Shown here one piece after another: positions 49,306-53,116 of a DNA stretch of 53,116 nucleotides. The DNA comes from an uncultured Rubrivivax sp. (lineage in GTDB: Bacteria; Pseudomonadota; Gammaproteobacteria; Burkholderiales; Burkholderiaceae_C): NCBI GenBank assembly GCA_964498795.1, contig CAZCJB010000003.1, forward strand, positions 1,906 to 55,021, given 5' to 3'. The notes under the pieces were generated by a model. The model saw only the letters and a program-made list of their open reading frames with translations. It had not been told where the DNA came from and made no database searches. How positions within the stretch are numbered: the stretch's first letter is position 1; every line of letters begins with the position of its first letter. The position numbers were made by a program, and so were the translations under genes.

Positions 49306-49682
49306 GCTCAGCCATTCAGCGTTTCGCAACACCCTTCCCCGTGCCTCTTTCAAAGGCGGTTCAGGTGGGGGGCTTCTTGTTCGTCTCGGGCGTGCTGCCG
49401 ATGAACGCACAAGCTCAAATCCTCGCTGGCGACATCACCTCGCAAACCCGTGCGGTGCTTGAGCGCATTGCTCAAACCTTGGCGGAATGTGGAGCCCGCA
49501 TGGAGCAGGTGGTTCGGGTGACAGTGTGGTTGGCCGATCTGGCAGACTTTGATGCCTTCAACCAAGAATACGCGCAGCACTTCGACGGCGCCTTACCGGC
49601 GCGGTCTTGCGTTCAGGCCGTTCTGTATCAGGGCGCCAAGGTCGAGATCGAAGTGCAAGCCTGGGTAGGCAGCGCGCCTTAA
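49302..49682 (+). CDS. RidA/YjgF family imine deaminase
   Basis: SKAV..GG.LF.SG, FN..Y..F, PARS and VEIE motifs. Confidence 0.9.
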   Translation: MSSAIQRFATPFPVPLSKAVQVGGFLFVSGVLPMNAQAQILAGDITSQTRAVLERIAQTLAECGARMEQVVRVTVWLADLADFDAFNQEYAQHFDGALPARSCVQAVLYQGAKVEIEVQAWVGSAP

Positions 49683-49990
49683 AACCCGACGGTGCCTTCG
49701 GAAACATCGATGCGCACCACTGGACGATGCAAGGTTGCCAGAGCGGCGCGGGCAAAGGTAAGTGCCCAGGTCCGGTCCGCAAAAGCCGCCGAGCCCGCGG
49801 CGCGGGCCACGCTCAGCACCTTGTCCACACTCAGCACCTTGCCCACAGGATTGGTGGGCACACATCCCAGCTCGTTGTACTGTTGATCGAGCCAGGCACG
49901 GGCTGCCTCATCGGTGAGTTCAAGCGCTTCGCCTGAACCCATCCGGAACCGCTGCGTTTCGCTGAACTTGACCTCGACTTCGCTGTGCAT
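49679..49990 (-). CDS. Small hypothetical protein
   Basis: 103-aa ORF with plausible RBS (AAGGGG) and protein-like composition (P.NPVGKVL.VD). Confidence 0.6.
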   Translation of the reverse strand: MHSEVEVKFSETQRFRMGSGEALELTDEAARAWLDQQYNELGCVPTNPVGKVLSVDKVLSVARAAGSAAFADRTWALTFARAALATLHRPVVRIDVSEGTVGF

Positions 49991-50101
49991 GACGCACCCC
50001 TTCTACCTTCTATAGTGGCGGGTGCATCTTCACGGATATCCACCTCCTTCAAGATGACATAAAACAAATGATGCCCAGACTCCTCTATAGTCTCGTCGCC
50101 A

Positions 50102-51310
50102 ATGAAGCTCACCGAATCTTTTCAAAATTTGGATGAATTCGTCGCACTGCGCCGTGACATCCACGCCCACCCGGAACTGGGTTTTGAAGAGCATAGAACG
50201 TCTCGGATCGTGGCCGACAAGCTCCAAGCTTGGGGCCTAGAAGTGCACACCGGCGTGGCCGGCACGGGTGTCGTGGGGGTCTTGCGCGGTGGCAACAGCC
50301 TGCGCTCGGTGGGTCTGCGTGCCGATTTGGACGCCCTTCCCTTGCAAGAGGCCAACCAATTTGCGCACCGATCGCAACACGAAGGGCGCATGCACGCCTG
50401 CGGCCATGACGGACACACCACCATGCTGCTGGCCGCAGCTTGGCAGCTGTCACAAACTCGCGATTTTGCCGGCACCGTCAATTTCATCTTTCAGCCGGCC
50501 GAAGAAATGGGCAAAGCCGGCGCGCTCAAGATGATCCAAGAAGGTCTCTTTGAGCGGTTCCCGTGTGAGGCTGTCTTTGCCTTGCACAACTTCCCCGTCG
50601 GTCAGGTCGGAGGCTTTGCCACCCACCCGGGTCCCCTCATGGCCTCCAGCAACACCTGGCGCGTCACCATCCACGGCCGAGGCACGCATGCGTCGGTGCC
50701 GCACACGGGGCTCGATCCGGTGGGCGCCGTGCTCCAACTCGGGCAACAACTGCAAGGCCTGGTACCCCGGGTGGTGGAATCCACCGAGCGTGCGCTGCTG
50801 GCAGTCACTCAAATGCAGGGCTCCGAGGCCCCCAACGTCATTCCCGACCAGGCATGGGTGGGCGGGACGGTTCGTACATTTTCCGAGGCCGCCACCGATG
50901 CCATCGAGGCGGGCTTGCGTCAACTGGCCGAGGGCATCGCCGCGGCCCACGGTTGTCGTGCCGACGTGCATTTCAAGCGTGCTTCACCGCCGGTGGTGAA
51001 TCACGCCGGGCCCACTAGGTTGGCCGTGCAAGTGATGCGCGAGATCGCGGGCGACGCCGCCGTGAACGATCACTTCCCCGCCGTCATGGGTGCCGAAGAC
51101 TTTGCTCACATGCTGCGCGTCAAGCCCGGCTGCTACGCCTTCATCGGCAACGGCGATGGAGGCCACCGGCTGCCTGATCACGGGCCCGGCCCCTGCATCA
51201 TCCACGGCACCTCGTTTGATTTCAACGACGACATCATCCCCATCGGAGCCGCCTACTTCGTGCGATTGGCAAAACGGTGGCTCTCAACGCCTCTGGAGAA
51301 TCTGCAATGA
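50102..51310 (+). CDS. M20D amidohydrolase (hippurate hydrolase-like)
   Basis: RRDIHAHPELGFEE, RADLDALP, MHACGHDGH, QPAEE, G.G.HA and EDF motifs. Confidence 0.93.
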   Translation: MKLTESFQNLDEFVALRRDIHAHPELGFEEHRTSRIVADKLQAWGLEVHTGVAGTGVVGVLRGGNSLRSVGLRADLDALPLQEANQFAHRSQHEGRMHACGHDGHTTMLLAAAWQLSQTRDFAGTVNFIFQPAEEMGKAGALKMIQEGLFERFPCEAVFALHNFPVGQVGGFATHPGPLMASSNTWRVTIHGRGTHASVPHTGLDPVGAVLQLGQQLQGLVPRVVESTERALLAVTQMQGSEAPNVIPDQAWVGGTVRTFSEAATDAIEAGLRQLAEGIAAAHGCRADVHFKRASPPVVNHAGPTRLAVQVMREIAGDAAVNDHFPAVMGAEDFAHMLRVKPGCYAFIGNGDGGHRLPDHGPGPCIIHGTSFDFNDDIIPIGAAYFVRLAKRWLSTPLENLQ

Positions 51311-52278
51311 CGACCGTTCGTTCCTCTTTCTTGACCGCTCTGGTGTCGCTGGGCCTGACGCTGGCCTGTGGGGTCAGCCAGGCACAGTCTCAGCGCGTCA
51401 TCCGCATCGTGGTGCCCTTTGGGCCTGGGGCGGTGCAAGACACCATGGCCCGTGTGTTCAACAACGAACTCGGACAAATCCTGGGGGCCACGGTGTTGGT
51501 GGAAAACCGTGCCGGCGCAGGCGGCACGATCGGCACCGCGGCGGTGGCCAAAGCCGCGCCCGACGGCAACACCTTGGTGCTGGCTGCGGCCAGCCACACC
51601 TTGGCCGGCCACCTCTATGCCAAGTTGCCCTACGACCCGCTCAAAGACTTTGTGGGCGTGTCTTTCCTGGGTCAGTCAGGCTATGTGGTGGCGGCACCCG
51701 GCAATATGGGCCTCAACAGCTTTAGCGACTTCTTGAAGACGGTACGCGCCAAGCCCGGGCAGCTCAATTACGCATCAGCAGGCAATGGCAGTGCCACCCA
51801 CCTGGGCATGGCCTCGCTGTTGGGCAAAGCCGGCTTGCAAATGCAACACATCCCCATGAAGTCCACGGGTGATGCGGTCAACGAAGTGTTGGCAGGTCGA
51901 GCGCAAGGCGTGGTGGCCGCGACCATTGCTGTGGCAGGCATGCGGCAAGATCCACGCATCAAGCTCCTGGCCTACACCGGCGCACAACGCTCGAGCTTTT
52001 TGCCCGAGTTGCCCACCGCCATCGAAGCCGGCCTGCCCGGCTACACATTCGACTCGTGGATCGGTCTGCTCGCCCCGGCCGGCACGCCCAAGGCCGAAAT
52101 CGATCGCATCCATGCTGGCGTGCAAAAGGCTTTCGCAGACCCTGTGGTCAAAGAACGCCTGATGCGCCTGGGCGTGGAATACACGCCCATGTCGCCTGCA
52201 GAATTCCAAAAGCTCTTGCAAGCGGATTGGGACAATGCCGCGCAGATCGTCAAGACCTCAGGCGCGAAGGTGGACTGA
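51307..52278 (+). CDS. Bug/TctC family tripartite tricarboxylate transporter substrate-binding protein
   Basis: IVVPFGPG, ENRAGAGG.IG, PDG.TL and SAGNGS..HL motifs. Confidence 0.93.
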   Translation: MTTVRSSFLTALVSLGLTLACGVSQAQSQRVIRIVVPFGPGAVQDTMARVFNNELGQILGATVLVENRAGAGGTIGTAAVAKAAPDGNTLVLAAASHTLAGHLYAKLPYDPLKDFVGVSFLGQSGYVVAAPGNMGLNSFSDFLKTVRAKPGQLNYASAGNGSATHLGMASLLGKAGLQMQHIPMKSTGDAVNEVLAGRAQGVVAATIAVAGMRQDPRIKLLAYTGAQRSSFLPELPTAIEAGLPGYTFDSWIGLLAPAGTPKAEIDRIHAGVQKAFADPVVKERLMRLGVEYTPMSPAEFQKLLQADWDNAAQIVKTSGAKVD

Positions 52279-52383
52279 AAAGCTTCGCATCAAGTCATGG
52301 CGAGGCCCACAGGGCCGCGGCCATCTTCCACCCCAAGGCTCCCATGACATTGCTCACCTTCAAGGCTGCAGTGCTGTCGGCGT

Positions 52384-52932
52384 TCAGAACTCCACCTGAA
52401 GCCGGCTGTCCATAGGACGCAGGTTCTTGATCGCCCAGCCGATGAACTTGGGCGCGGTGTAGACCACCACTCCCTCTAAGTGCTCGGGCAGGATCGCATT
52501 CACGATCTTCATGGCTGGGGGTGGCAGGGGTTGTCCTTCGCCGACGGTCAGGCTGCGAAGGCGCACGGCCGACAGCGCCACCGTGCCGGGTTGGGGGTTC
52601 CATTGCAGACGAGACTCCGCACAAAACTTCCCTCCCAAGGCCCGCTCGGAAGCGGCCACCAGCATCTTGGGCGCAAAGTCCCAGCGACCGCACAACACCA
52701 CCACCTCGGTGGTGCCCTCCAGCCCCAGGACAGGGTCTGACAGGGTCAGAGCGCTCTTGGTCTTGGGAAAGGCCTTTTCCACCTGCGTTTGAAGGGTCGC
52801 CACGCCAATGTCGATGGACGCAGCGTGACTCAAGGTGGGCCCGCACAGCAAACCGCACAGAGCGGCCGCGAGTGCGCGCAGGGATCGTGATGGATGTTGA
52901 TGCAGCTGTTTCAAGTGCCACTCAGGTCGCAT
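52384..52932 (-). CDS. Exported hypothetical protein (possibly DUF1439-like)
   Basis: Signal peptide ending SHA; LQ..VEK.FP start of the mature domain; beta-rich; start uncertain. Confidence 0.55.
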   Translation of the reverse strand: MRPEWHLKQLHQHPSRSLRALAAALCGLLCGPTLSHAASIDIGVATLQTQVEKAFPKTKSALTLSDPVLGLEGTTEVVVLCGRWDFAPKMLVAASERALGGKFCAESRLQWNPQPGTVALSAVRLRSLTVGEGQPLPPPAMKIVNAILPEHLEGVVVYTAPKFIGWAIKNLRPMDSRLQVEF

Positions 52933-52947
52933 ATCCCCTTGGAACTT

Positions 52948-53023
52948 TGGTGGGCCCTGTAGGATTCGAACCTACGACCAACGGATTAAGAGTCCGCTGC
53001 TCTACCAACTGAGCTAAGAGCCC
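52948..53023 (-). tRNA. tRNA-Lys (CTT)
   Basis: 76 nt GGGCTCT..AGCTCAGTTGGTAGAGC..CTCTTAA..GTTCGAATCC..GGGCCCACCA; CCA is encoded. Confidence 0.97.
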
Positions 53024-53052
53024 TGGTGCTCGACTCCCGGGTGCACAGGGAG

Positions 53053-53116
53053 TGGTGGGTTGTGCAGGATTCGAACCTGCGACCAACGGATTAAAAGTCC
53101 GCTGCTCTACCGACTG
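53053..53116 (-). tRNA. tRNA-Lys (TTT), 5' end cut by the window edge
   Basis: ..CAGTCGGTAGAGC..CTTTTAA..GTTCGAATCC..AACCCACCA. Confidence 0.95.

Overview
GC-rich chromosomal segment, most likely from a Burkholderiales betaproteobacterium (inferred from Bug/TctC binding proteins, the CitE-like/acnB pair and an SdhR-type operator). It has four zones. (1) 1-15.4 kb is housekeeping and signalling: tctC-like, rhlE, CitE-like, acnB, a REP-like palindrome, sbcB, a 4-gene run (helical protein, FabH-like, FecR, CHASE2 cyclase), serC, riboflavin synthase and an ArsC/YffB protein. (2) About 15.5-36.6 kb is a low-oxygen/dormancy-type block with several FNR-type boxes. It encodes a Cys-less FixK-like Crp/Fnr regulator, an orphan response regulator, Hsp20, HPF, CBS, BON, CapA-like, PRT, PRPP synthetase, nicotinamidase, glgC, PfkB, hemerythrin, a tandem zincin-like protein coupled to a LonC-like protease, a class III ribonucleotide reductase whose glycyl-radical loop is a separate 69-aa gene, and a FabX/UfaA-like flavoprotein. 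(3) 36.7-52.3 kb is catabolic: CoA transferase, apt, haloacetate dehalogenase, D-amino acid dehydrogenase, MlrC peptidase, Dpp-type ABC importer, D-aminoacylase, RidA, M20 hydrolase and a TTT binding protein. (4) Two tRNA-Lys genes sit at the right edge. No CRISPR array, transposase, integrase or prophage was seen. All calls come from motif recognition by eye; no database searches were run.
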